From Intoshia linei (lineage: Eukaryota > Animalia > Orthonectida): a stretch of 64,000 nt of DNA. The notes beneath the pieces were generated by a model that made no database searches, had not been told where the DNA came from, and saw only the letters and a list, made by a program, of their open reading frames with translations. This document shows, piece by piece, positions 40,101-52,800 of this stretch. The position numbers were made by a program, and so were the translations under genes. The DNA is taken from assembly GCA_001642005.1 (NCBI GenBank), contig LWCA01000001.1, forward strand, positions 1-64,000, given 5' to 3'. Positions within the stretch are counted from its first letter, which is position 1; each line of letters begins with the position of its first letter.

Positions 40101-43100
40101 TCTATAGTGGATGATTATTTCAACCACTAGATTTTTAATTTTTATACTGACACTCCAAAATTATCAAACTTACATTTCAATTTTTTTACTGACAAAATAT
40201 TATTTTATAAAATTTTTTTATTTCTATATACTTTTTTGTTGAGTTAGTTACAATTTTCGATGAATACTGATCTAGTTAATATATTTACTGACAAAAATGC
40301 AATTATGTACTGACATCAAAGCAATTAAAAACTGACACATATGTAATTGAATACTGATAAAATACTTTTTATTACTGATTTTTTAATGTATATACTGACA
40401 ATTTGGTGTTGAAAATACAGACAAATTAATTACTCCCAAAGTAAAGTAAATTCGTCAATAAAGAATGAAAAAATGTCAAAACTGATTGCATAATAATAAC
40501 AAAATTATTAAATCGTCAGTATAGACTGCATACGTGCTAACAGTGATTAGTAATCAGTTATTTGACATTGATCAAAATTTTTCTATATTTTATTTAAATC
40601 TCAAGGATCCCAGCCATATAATTTTGGACCCCAAGGGGAACCACTGTTTTAATGTATACATTATTTATAAATAATTGCGTTAACGGAATAAAATTTTTTC
40701 AGAACCAATTATTCCGTTAACGAGGAATTAGCCTGTACTTATGATTTAAAAAAATATCTCAGAATTATTATTTATGAAAACAGTCCTAAAATTTAAAAAA
40801 ATTTACAGGTGATACAGTTGTATCCTGTTAACATACAGGAAAAATTTCAATCTAAATAAGTGACGCTTTCACGGTCAAAAAAGGATTTTAGTATTCATAT
40901 TTATATTTTTTTTCCGAAATATTTTATTAAAACCAAAAATGTGAAATAATTAACAGTCCAAAAATTAAAAAAAAAAGATTATTCTGATAGAGCTTATTCC
41001 AGTTGATATAAATAAAAAATTTCAACACCAGATATCTACGCATTCCCGGTGAAAAATAATTTTTAATATATTATCAACCAATATTTTTCAAATATTTCGA
41101 TTAACATAAAAATTGAAAATGTAAATATTGATCCTACAATTTTAAAAAAATGTGCATTGTACGTCTACACATTTCCAATAAAAACATATGGGTGAAAATC
41201 TATATAATTCATTCCTTCGCAATTTTTAAATTTCAAATTTTCATTTTTATTAACATTTTGTTTAAAATTTAAATTAAAACGATAACAACGATTACTAAAA
41301 GTAATACAACTTTGTTATTATCATTTTTATATATATTTTTATTATAGATTTTTAAGTTAGATTTTCAACATGAATTTATTTTTTTGGTAGAATAGAAATG
41401 TGCCCTCGACAGAGGTAGGTGCTGTTTGTACGTAGTACATAACAGTTCCTAGTTATATATTATCATATATACAAAAAATAATAATGATAATAAATTATTT
41501 TTTTGTATGTATATATTTAAAATAAGGATTTTAAAGATTACGTCAATGATATCGCCTTTACAGTATACACAATTTTCAAAATAATCATAAAATTCTTCAA
41601 ATGTCATTGTTTCCATAATAAAATCTATAAAATGTAATATATAATAAAAACCGAAATTGACACGGTTAAATAATGGAAACTTTTAAAAATGACAAAAGAT
41701 TAACTTATTTTTACTTTTTTCGTAATCAAATCTTTCTGCGACATCAATATTGTTAATATATTTCAATAAACTTTCAGCCAAAGATATGTCTAAACATGTA
41801 TAAATGAAATTGAATCTTCTAATAATATAAAAAAATGTATAGAATATTCAATACTCATCAAATTAAACCATATTAAAAAAATATATGAAGCAATACCTCC
41901 AATGGAGATCCTCCATAATAATATAAAAATAAAATTACGATGTGCAATAATGGCCTTTAGTCGTTGAATCTCTGGTAATTTTTCAACCACTTTCTTCATG
42001 TGTGCAATATCGCTGGATTTATCTACCGCATTTTCCTAAATAATAACTATTACAAATAATGATAAATGATAATTAGTTTTACAGCGTACTGTCCAATCAA
42101 ATAACGGTTTTTCTTGCTAATTTCTTTTCCAACAGTCGGAATGTTTTTATATCTAATTTCTGAATAAAGCTCATCAGTATAATCAAAAGAAATGTTGACA
42201 TTGGATTCAAATTCAATTATGTTACCATTTTTAGCTAAATATAACAATTAATAATATTACTTTAAATCAGAGTTAATCGAGGTGGCGAATTGGCAATTTT
42301 GATAAAATAAAATTTGAATTTTGAGATAATTGAAAATAAAATTTTAAATTGTAAGTGAGATTTATTTTCTTTCAGTAATCCGAGGTAGTGGAGAAATAAC
42401 TTGAACACTTTCCGAATCTACTGGATAATCCGTTCACCTCATATTGGTTAATCTTAATTAACAAGATAATCCTAATTATTGATTTATCAATGAAACATCA
42501 ATAATCTCTATTCACTTAATAATTAAGTATTCATTAATTAATGATTTATTATATTTCTTTAAGAACATTATTATGCTCTCAGTGACGCATTTAAATTCAA
42601 ATAATGGAAAACTGGCAAAATCAAAAAACCATAAAAGTCTCATTAATTAAGGACCACTACACAATGTCTTTATATTGTAAAAAAAAAATTAAAATAGTTT
42701 ATATTTCTATACGTATAAATTCTATTACATCAATTCTATTACATAAATAGTAGCCGGAGTTTCACAAAAAAATTTGTCGCATCTGAGATAGTATGATAAA
42801 AATGTGATGCATGGTATGTAAAAGGATGACCACCCTGCTTTAAATATTGAAATTATTTCAAAATTTTATAAAATTTAAAAAACCCTCTTCAATCGTAAAA
42901 ATTTCATCAATTAATCCTTCATAACTTTGTTGTTTTAGCATAAGAGTAAAAATATCAATAGTACGATCCACAATGAAACAATTATGAAACTGATTATATT
43001 GAGAACGCTTGGTATCCTGCTTATTTTCCCTGTCTTTAATCATGCATAGCATCATCTACAGAAATTGAAATTGTAAAAAAAATTTTAATCTAAACGTTCG

Positions 43101-44725
43101 CATATTTTCCTTTAGCATAAATGTGATCAATTGATCCAAACAATTCTTCAAAATTTTGAAATGCTCCAAAACAATCATAAATGTGATTCATGTATTCATT
43201 TAAATAAATATTCTAAAAAATTCAAACTTGAAACAGCTGCAAACTACTGTGACATGAAATAGATAATTAGTAATTACCTGAAAACTATCTTTAATATTCA
43301 TATCGAATAAAGAATCATCCAAATGTGTAAAATAAATGTTAACATGGCGAATATAATTGAATAAGGATACCACGTTTTCGTTCTACAAATACATTTACAA
43401 TTTATATGAATTTGGTAAATATTCTGAAATTTTTGTAAAATCAACCTTTAATTTATTCAAACAAACCGCACACTTTCGAGGTAGAAAGACCAATATAAAT
43501 TCAACTGTAAATGCAGTTTTATTTAATCTTAATTAAAATAATATTAAGTACATTTCATACATTTGAATTCAAAATTTATCATAATTAAAAACATTTTAAG
43601 TAATACTTGACTATTAATTCACAAATTCTCGCTATATTGCAAATATCCGAATTTACAATAAATATGAAACTTGAACTATCTTGTTCTACGGTAGAAAGTT
43701 TTTCATCATCAAAATAATACATTTTCGTTACTTGAAAATCCTTTTAAAAAAATTAGTTACTATAATTTATATATTAATTATTGATGAATAATTAATTTTT
43801 ATAATTTTATCTATAAAGGCTTATTACAGTTTTAATTGTTTGATAATTGATGAAATCATGTTTTTTAATTATGTTCAGTGCTTGTTTTTCCCATACAATA
43901 TACTAAATTATACAATTAATGTGAACATATTGTAATGGGTGACTTTTGAAAACCGTTCTCAAGACAACCCAAAAATCACTAATAGATCCCTAAAAAGTTT
44001 AGCAAACAATGTATAATGCCATATAGCTTGAACCACCTCTCCATGGGTATGGATATGATAGTTTAATATTTAAATTTACATTTTGTTAATACACAAAATA
44101 GTTCTTATTTGTGATTTTTACATAATTAGTACAAAATATTTAGCAATTTAAGTTATATAAGTAAGGATAAGGAATTCCCAAACATATTTTACCGTGCAAA
44201 GTAAATTCCACATTAAAATTTGGGAAATTTATGATCTTCAAAGGGTCATCACTTTGAAAAAGTTCAGAAGCCCTGATATAAAATAAGAAATCGAAAACAG
44301 TACTCACTGAAAATTCAGAAATTTACATTGATACGCATTTGGCGTATACACAAAATAACAATCCAAGTATAGTACACTACATTTTGTAAATTAAACAAAT
44401 AAAGATTCCAAAAAAACTTGACTAGAGATTCCACCAGAAAAAATAAATGCGATTGATCATTCATTAGTACCTGGTTTAAAAAGAATAAATTGAAGTAAAA
44501 ATGAGATTTAAACACTAAAAAAGGAGTGATTCATTATAAAAATTAATAATGATATGGTTACAAAAAATAAAATTCCTGTTACAATTATGTTCAAATTTAC
44601 ATGTCTTTATTACTTCATAGTTTAATACTTTGTATTTAAGATACCTTTTGATCATAACTACATCTGAGAGCCTTTATTATTAATCCTTGAATCTGTTTCT
44701 TATAAATTTCGTTAATAGAAGACAT
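37148..44725 (-). CDS. VPS33: VPS33 (Sec1/Munc18 family), multi-exon
   Basis: MSSINEIY..DQK|YIVWEK, VDRTIDIFTLMLKQQSYEGLIDEIF, DELYSEIRYKN, YGFGYL, DDITNMYNGWIP..SGP, LVFVIGGLTYSEISSLRLL and HVITTEIICGNTFIKSL. Confidence 0.92.
39722..40530. repeat. Foldback-like element: a GTCAGTA array facing a TACTGAC array, in a VPS33 intron
   Basis: The left part is dominated by gtcagta and the right part by tactgac. It is homologous to 24995-25275. Confidence 0.7.
44295..44515 (-). pseudogene. Possible CTU2/PP-loop gene fragment with in-frame stops, inside VPS33 intron 1
   Basis: Reads KPGTNE*SIAFIFSGGISSQVFLESLFV*FTKCSVLYLD, resembling the CTU2 SGGxSS...VIYID region. The match is short and from memory. 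Confidence 0.35.
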
Positions 44726-45424
44726 TGAAAATTTGAATAAACTTAGTAGGATCACTATGGACTTTCTGAATTTAAATTATATAAACTGAACCCAAAGCTA
44801 TAAAAACATGAGGAATATAATTCCTGATGAAAGTATAGGTATTCGGGTAATACATTCGACAGGTTTCAAATGAACCTTAGATTTTTCTGATCATGGTATT
44901 TATAATGTAGAAATTCCAAATTTTAACATTTACGAGACTTCACTTTCAGGAATTTTACATAACTTTTACGTTTAGAAAACTCAAAATTATAAAAAATATA
45001 AGCCAAAATATTTACAAATATTAATTTTGAAATGTGAACAATTGTATCACTGGTAATAGCTATTTATAGTCCATAATTTTTGATGTAATATAATTGAGAT
45101 GTATGTAATATGTATTGTGGATATAATTTTAAATATAATTTATAGACAAAACGTTTTAAAGAGTAATCGATATTGTTGTTACTTCAAGATTAAAAAAAAA
45201 TTTAAAACTAAGCCAATTTTGGTTACGATGAATGTAAGGTTATGAACGTTAGAAATAGATATAAATTCAATCGGATGAAAAAGTGAAACAATAGAAAAAT
45301 GTTAAAACACAAGATAGTTTTTAAGTTAAATTTAATAAAATTAGAATGGCAGAAGATTCGTATCTAAAAATGAGTAAATGAAAATACCAAATAAATAAAG
45401 AATACATGATAAATATTTAATTTT

Positions 45425-45813
45425 TTATTTTCTGCTGTCCCTCAATCTTCTAATTACACTTCGAACTGTGGCTGATCCAGCAGTACTAAATATAAATGTA
45501 ACCAATCAAAAAAAATGTACATGTAATCATAAGCTCCACCGCTAATAACTTTTTTACATCGTTGGCAATTCCAGATTCCGGTGGCTTTTCGAGTGATGGC
45601 TTTCTATTGAAGCTGCAAAATTATAAAAAACAAATGAAACCTTTCCACAAAACATGCAAATATGTTTTTTGTGTTGTGACTCTTCGCAATGTTTTATATA
45701 TTTTCGAAGAGAAGCACCATATCGCGTTCCGTATTTACCACAAACTCCAACTTTCTTTGTTTTACGGGCCTAAACTCAATATTTATATCGTAAAAATAAA
45801 TTGAAATTACCAT
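45425..45813 (-). CDS. RPL37A: 60S ribosomal protein L37a (eL43), four exons; not in the ORF track
   Basis: M|[23 protein letters not shown]...CMFCGK|[25 protein letters not shown]..|[15 protein letters not shown]. The first coding exon is ATG only. Confidence 0.97.
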
Positions 45814-45932
45814 AAATTTTCACGAAATACTAATTATCGTTATAAATGTTGTATAGGTAATGTTAATAAACGTATATCTCTACAGTTTTTTTGGTAAATT
45901 GAGTTAATTCTAATAAAGTTGAATAAATTAGA

Positions 45933-46394
45933 ATGAATAGTCTCGTAAAACTTTGTAAAACTCTCCGTAAGTAGAAATTTTCAAAAATATAAACAATTTA
46001 TAGACTCTACTTCCTTTTCAAAAATACTGTTTCGAACAATCACGAAAAATAAAAAACCATCTTGCGATAAACAACGAGGTCAAAAATTGATTGATAATGA
46101 ATGGGCAGAAAAAGACACAATTTTAGTTACTCAACTAAAATTACACTACTATCCTGGAGATAATGTAATTTTACTAAATTCAAAGTTAATTTTAACAAGG
46201 TAGGGTGTTCAAGAGACTACACATTATACGCACTAGAAAGCGGACGAGTTTTAATAACCTCAGAACTTTTGAAACCAAAAATCGATAGTAAACTATACAT
46301 TGTTATGAAAAAAGGCAAAGAATTTCATAGATATTTTTATCACATTATACCTGAAAAACAAAACACTAAATTTAAATTAATCGACGAAATTTAA
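45933..46394 (+). CDS. MRPL27: Mitochondrial ribosomal protein bL27m, three exons; not in the ORF track
   Basis: Presequence-like start, then RGQK...ILVTQLKLHYYPGDN|VGCSRDYTLYALESGRV...HIIPEKQNTKFKLIDEI*. Confidence 0.88.
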
Positions 46395-46427
46395 ATCAAA
46401 ATAAATTTGTACATTTTATTAGTCTAA

Positions 46428-47189
46428 TTAAACTTGGTCAACAGTTTCAGATTTAGGAATTTCACCTTGTATCGGCTTGAGAGTATATTTCTTTAACAAT
46501 TCTTGTTTTTTAGATTCCAGTATACGTTGTTCCATTTCTTCTTTAGTTGGTACAATTATATCCAAAGAATATGATTCATCATAATTAATTTCACTTGAAA
46601 CGGGATTGTCCGTTTGAATATTGTTACTTTGAAATTCCAAAACTTTTTGAGAAATTAATTCCTTTTCGAATTTTTTTTCTTGTTCAATTAATTCTTTATC
46701 ATCTTCGTCACGATAGCCATAATAATCTGTGTTTAAATTTCTTGCCAATTCACTTCGGCTTTTTTGTTTAGGTTTAGGTGCTTGTTCAAAAAGTTCGCGA
46801 ACTCCGGGTAAATCTTTTACGGCACCAAAATATTTGTAACCGCGGGAGCCAGGAACTTCTTGGCCTTGACTGGTTGTTTTTGGAGCAGACGAAACGTGTC
46901 GCCCACCCAGTTTGTAAATTTGCTTTTCCCAGTGTTTTTTTTCTCGTAGAAGTTTGTTTATATGGTCATTCAAATCACGCAATTTAAAGGCACCTAAACC
47001 GGCATTTTGTATGGTAGCTACGTTTCTGGAAATTTCACTAATTATTTGACGTCTCCATCTTTCCGCCTTTTTTAAATCTGTACATTCGCTAGCCAAGTAC
47101 GGTCTATGTTCTCGTGGGTTTTTCAATTCTATTTGGTATGCCCTCCATCTCGCTAAAGTTGTCATTGCTTTTTCAGAATTTCTCGCCAT
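46428..47189 (-). CDS. ISY1: Pre-mRNA splicing factor ISY1, intronless
   Basis: MARNSEKAMTTLARW, RPYLASEC, IQNAGLG, RDLNDHINKLLREK, GYKYFGAVKDLPGVRELF and YYGYRDEDD. Confidence 0.98.
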   Translation of the reverse strand: MARNSEKAMTTLARWRAYQIELKNPREHRPYLASECTDLKKAERWRRQIISEISRNVATIQNAGLGAFKLRDLNDHINKLLREKKHWEKQIYKLGGRHVSSAPKTTSQGQEVPGSRGYKYFGAVKDLPGVRELFEQAPKPKQKSRSELARNLNTDYYGYRDEDDKELIEQEKKFEKELISQKVLEFQSNNIQTDNPVSSEINYDESYSLDIIVPTKEEMEQRILESKKQELLKKYTLKPIQGEIPKSETVDQV

Positions 47190-47410
47190 TATAATTTTAA
47201 TAAAGTTTCTATAGATATGATGTTAACTTTCTTACACTTTTTGAAATTGTAACTATATCATTGTTTGTTATTTTAGTTACAGAGTAATGTTTAGTATCGA
47301 GTGATTCTCGATTAGATAATTGTTTTCAACTTTGTTACAAGTGTAGTTATTAGGTTTTAATTCGTTTACTTTTTGATATTTAAAAAGGTATTAAGACTTT
47401 CTGTCTTTGA

Positions 47411-47481
47411 GCGTCTGTGATTCAGTGGTAGAATTCTTGCCTTCCAAGCAAGCGACCCGGGTTCGAATCCCGGCGGACGCA
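47411..47481 (+). tRNA. tRNA-Gly (anticodon TCC)
   Basis: Acceptor stem gcgtctg/cggacgc, D-arm attc-agtggta-gaat, anticodon stem cttgc/gcaag with loop ctTCCaa, T-arm ccggg-ttcgaat-cccgg, then a T8 Pol III terminator. Confidence 0.96.
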
Positions 47482-47933
47482 TTTTTTTTATTTATATGAC
47501 ATGGGAACTTATGGCGTAATAAGAGAAATTTTACCTGATTACATTAATACAATGAATTTTTTTAAGTTATATTCCCATAATTTTTGACGTTTTATCAACT
47601 ATTATTTACAAGAAATTATAATAAAGATTCAAAATTTTTAAATGGAATAAAAATCTAAAATTAGTCCTTATATTTGTTAATTATTGTTATATTATGTAAT
47701 TAAAAATAAGTGTACTGATGTGCATGTTTATTGAAATTAATTTAATGTGAAACGAATCATACAATTGTAAAATAAATTGAATATGTAAATAAGGTGCATG
47801 CAATTAATATTGTTCCAGATATAACTGCAAATTTCAGTGGGAGAACATTATTCATTATGGTTTCACTAGCGACCTTGATTGGTTTCCTTGTGATCAATTG
47901 ATTTAAAAATTTGTATAAATATTTGTGTACAAG

Positions 47934-49500
47934 ATGATAGGGAGTGAATTTACCTTCGTAATATACTTTTATTATTTGACTTGTATCGTGATATTGATGT
48001 ACGTGTTGATAAAATTGGTTGCGATTCCTAAACCAATTTTAAATAATGTAAAACAATTGAAGTATTACGTGAAAAAACACAAAAAAATTGGTCATAGAGG
48101 TTACACGAACAATGTAGCTGAAAATACCTTAAAAGCGGTTGATTATGTATATTTTATTTTATAGTGTTTTATTTTTATACCAGGTAGCTTCTCTTCAAGA
48201 TAAAGCTATAGAAGTTGACGTTCATTGTACAAAGGATAAAACATTGGTATCTAATTATATTTCAATTTTATATACTAGATTCGAATAGATACTGATGCAT
48301 GATGACACCGTAGATAGAACTACTGATGGTATTAATTATTTATTAACTTTATAGTTGGTATTTCTCCAATTTTTTACTATTCAACCAGGATTCTAGTAAA
48401 AATTTGTACTTATTAAAATGCATTCTCTATTAATCCATTAAATCAATCATTAAGGTTATTATTTTGTTCAGAAATATTTAAGGTCATGGATTTGTCGTCA
48501 ATTTAACAACCAAAAAAATTGAGCAATTAAACGCTTGTTCAAAATTTAATCATTCAAATTGCTCGTATACTTTAATTTATAATATAATATTTAAATCACA
48601 TTTAAATTCAGTTTCAACTGCAACTGTAAAGTACCAACACTGGAGCAAGTGATCAAAAAATGTATTAAAAATGAAATTTACATTTTTTTCGATATACGAA
48701 TAACAAATGAATATGTAATTTCCTTTTTTTTTAAAATACTTTTTTTTTAGGTGATAAGGGATTTACTTTATTATTACAAAAAATACCCCTATTTATACTC
48801 TCATTCAGTTTTATGTGCTTTTGATTGGATTTTTATTCGAAAGGTAATTATTTAACATTTCAAAATGTATTATGTGGAATGTGGATCTTTCTGTATCATA
48901 CAATTGTTGTACATTTACACTACTTAATGTTTAACTTTAAAAAAGAATTTAGATGCGAAGTTTGGACAATGAAATTGTGGCAGGGTTGACATATGAGTAC
49001 ATGTTTAAACATTATAAAACCAATATATTCAATTTCCTCATATTTGCTATAATTGAATTTTTTCATAAAATTTCATTGTACGTCATGTCTGCTGTTATCG
49101 GGAATTCATTTTTATTGCTGGAAAATAAATACATAAACATGTAATTATAATTGATAATACATTTTAAAATACCAGGATCGCCATAATTTCTGGTTTGGTA
49201 AAAATTTTGTTACCAAATTTTATTTGAAAATTGCCAACATAATTGTAGTCGGTGAAGAATTTTTATAACTACATGCATTATATAATTATTATTGCAGAAA
49301 ATTATCTAAATTGACGTAAGATGTCGACCCTCATATTGTACGTTTTTTACAGATGTAATATTTATTTTAGGCCTATAATACTCATTTCAAATTATTTTGA
49401 TTTGGACGTTATATTTTGGACTGTTAATGATATGGCAACTAAAAAAAAAATTAAAGAATATGGAGCGGCCTACATGACGGATGTACACGATAAACTATAA
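47934..49500 (+). CDS. Glycerophosphodiester phosphodiesterase, GDE1-like
   Basis: N-terminal transmembrane segment, IGHRG..AENTL, IEVDVHCTKD, LMHDDTVDRTTD, KVPTLEQV, FFDIR, WTVND and YMTD. Confidence 0.92.
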
Positions 49501-49826
49501 TTTAGATTTATGTCAATAAATATATCCCTATATAAAATATTTTTTCATGATTCATTGCAGGAAGTGTCTGGTATTGAGCCCCACTGCCACAACAAAATTT
49601 TAATTTTTTTAAAGCTATTAATCCATAGAGAAAATTTCTCTAAAACCGAAATAAAAACTAATTTATAAGAATTTAAAATCTATATGGTCAGTTGGAAATG
49701 TTCATAGTAAATAATGAGAAAATCATCAAAGCAATAATGCACATTACGAATATATTTAATATATGGTTCATAAATTTACAAGAGTTTGTACAATAAAAAT
49801 TAAATTGTATCAAGAATATATGAGAT

Positions 49827-52800
49827 TTACAATATTTCGGTTGAATATAATACATTTTTCAATGCAGCAATGTGAATATGTCTGGATAATTTGGCTAAAT
49901 ATACAAATTAAAAGTTAGTTTAAACTTTCATCAATAGTAAAATCTTACAAAACGATTTCGAAATTTTGCAAGGCAATGGTTGTTGCATAAAACCACAATC
50001 CCCCAAATCAATCTCATAGAGGTTAGAAGCTTTTCCATACATGTCGTATTTCTAAAATATTAACATGAAAGTAACATTACAAGTAAATGAAAAAAAGAAA
50101 TCATTACAATGAGCCATATGATTAATCAAGTGGCAATAAATTATAAAATTACCATGTCTGAACTTGCTAGTTCCGCTGTTGAATCTTTACAATCTATTAT
50201 ATTCGTGAAACCTAATAAAACTCCGATATCGGCAAATTTGGGAATTTTCCCTTTAACTGAATCTATAAAAAAGTATTAATAATAATAAACATTATCATTT
50301 ACTTACATAAAATTGGATGTGTCTGTGATGTGTTTACCGTCCCATAATTAGAAAAACTATATGCTAATACAGTTTCACAAAAGGGAGTATCAAAAAATTC
50401 ATTCTCAGAAATTGACCTTTAGGGTCAAAAATGATAAAAATAAGAGTAAGTATAAGAATTTAAAAAATACATTATTTTTCAGTTAATATACAATGTACAG
50501 GAATAATTTCAATATCACAAATTAAGGCCTTCACGGTCAAAAAACACTTTATTAAATATTAATAAATTAATATTAATTTTTATTATTTGGTAACAGCATT
50601 TATAATACAGTCAATTTAATAGTCTAAGTGAACGTCTTCAGAGATGACCATTTCTATATAGAACAGTAGTTTTCAACCTTTTTATGTTCGCGACCCCTTA
50701 TAAACATTAAAAATTTTTGCGACCCAAAAATTTTCTATATACTCCAAACAGCTTATCAATAACAAAATAAATTCACATAAATAAAAATATTAAAAAAGCA
50801 TATTCAGTTTTATTTATATTTTATACTGTGTTCAGATTTTCACGACCCACCTGATAAATTTCGCGACCTCCCGATTGAAAACCACTAATATAGAACATTT
50901 TTTTGAGTTGAACAAAAATACATCCTAAAAATTGTACATATCTATTAGAAAAAATATTCACGTTATACAAAAAAATAGGCCATCCAAAAATATAAAGACA
51001 TAATTATCATTAAGAAAAAAATACAATATTAGATTATCACGCTATATATAAATGACAAGCTACACCAAAAAAATGGGGGAAATTGGTAAATAAAAATTTA
51101 CGGTGTTTACTGAGTGGTTGGATAATTTTAAAAAAAGACACACTATAAAATACTAATCACTGATTAGTAATCACCAAAAAGTGATGCAAATTTTGAAAAA
51201 ATATGCAAAAATTGTAAGTTACAATATTTAACAAGAAAAATATTTTTAATTGCGATGAAACAGGTCTCCATTTTAAACAAATCATAAACAAAACTCTTCA
51301 TTTTAAAGGATGTAAAACAAATAAATCGTTTAAAAAATTTAAAGAAATACAAAAACTACTATTTTGTTGCTCATCATTTAAACAAAAATGTATACCCTTG
51401 GTCAAATATTAATGAAAAAATATTGTTTTAAAACCAATTAACACATATAATAAAAAATCTCAATACTGATTATACAGTATTCTCTCTATAACTCGCCATT
51501 CTTGGCATTCAGAAAAAGTTGGCTAGATAGATAATTTAAAACTATAGAAACAGTAGATAAAACCTTTAAATTAAAGGTTAAATTGCAATAAAATGTAAAC
51601 TGTAAAATTTAATACAAAATAACTTAACTTATTTTGAAAAATGGTTTAAAACTTTTAGTTTATATTTTAAACTACTGGGGTTTTTGACCTGTAAGATGTG
51701 AAATTGGGAGGTTGAAATTAAGTTTGTGAACACCCCGGAAAAAACTGTAATTGAAATGTGGACTATATAAAATTCTAAGACGGGTAGTTATTTAAATAAA
51801 GTAGGATACACAATCAAAAATAGCGTAGCATATTATATCCTATTATATATATACTATATCATATATAGTTAGGAATCCTAACTTAGGATTAATGGCGAGT
51901 TATAGAGTTAACGAATTATGGAGAATACTGTATTTAATAAAATTAGTTCATTTCTTCTATATTGAACATTTTATTTAATTTGATATTTTGATGTTCATCT
52001 TTGAAGAATTTACTATACTCACTGTAGTCACAAACTAGAGAAAGAATACTGCATTTCATAATAAAAATAAGTATTAAATCTAAATTACTCGTGTAATTAC
52101 TAATAATTTTGTTACAATCTTCGTCATTCAGTACATCGCTGGAATATACCCAGACACGTCCACGGTGATTAATTATATCACTCATAGTCATGCACCTACA
52201 AAAAATAAAATAATTGGTCACAAATTAAAAACTTTTGCATTCCATGTACAATCAAACTGGCATACGGCTGTTTGACAGATATCACTACACCTTCATCGAT
52301 AATTTCAAAACGTGAATTTTCTTGACAAACAAAATTATTTGTCACAACTTGATTATTAGCAATTTCATCATTTTTAAGGTTTGCAAATTTAACATCATCT
52401 TTTCTCTCCTATTAAAAATTTTTTAATAAATAAGGGATTAACGTACAATGTAAAATTTTACAGTACTTTTCTTTCAAAAAAATCACTACAAATCAAAAAT
52501 CATACATTCTGATAAGATATTGCAACCTTCTCCATCTTTTGAGATAATGTATCAGTAGGATTACTATCACTCGTCAAATCATAAACAGTTGTATATCCCG
52601 ATTTTGATATGACTAATTTATCAGTTTTTTCACGTAACCTTTCTTCTTCTGCAATAAGATTTTTTCTAGCAGTATCACTAATCCAAGATGATACATTTGT
52701 ATTAAAATAATCCATTTGATCATCAATTACAACCGTACGTTTGGTGCTAAAATTAGTAAATTAGTAATGCTGTGGAGAGCCCTAGAGGTCATTGGATAAA

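Noticed and set aside
25836-49500. Choline-salvage pairing of SLC44 and the GDE1-like gene
   Set aside because: They are 12 kb and several genes apart, and the substrate of the GDE1-like enzyme cannot be read from the sequence.
49540-49640. Exon-like minus-strand segment downstream of the TRIP4 stop
   Set aside because: No recognisable homology and no clear upstream partner exon.
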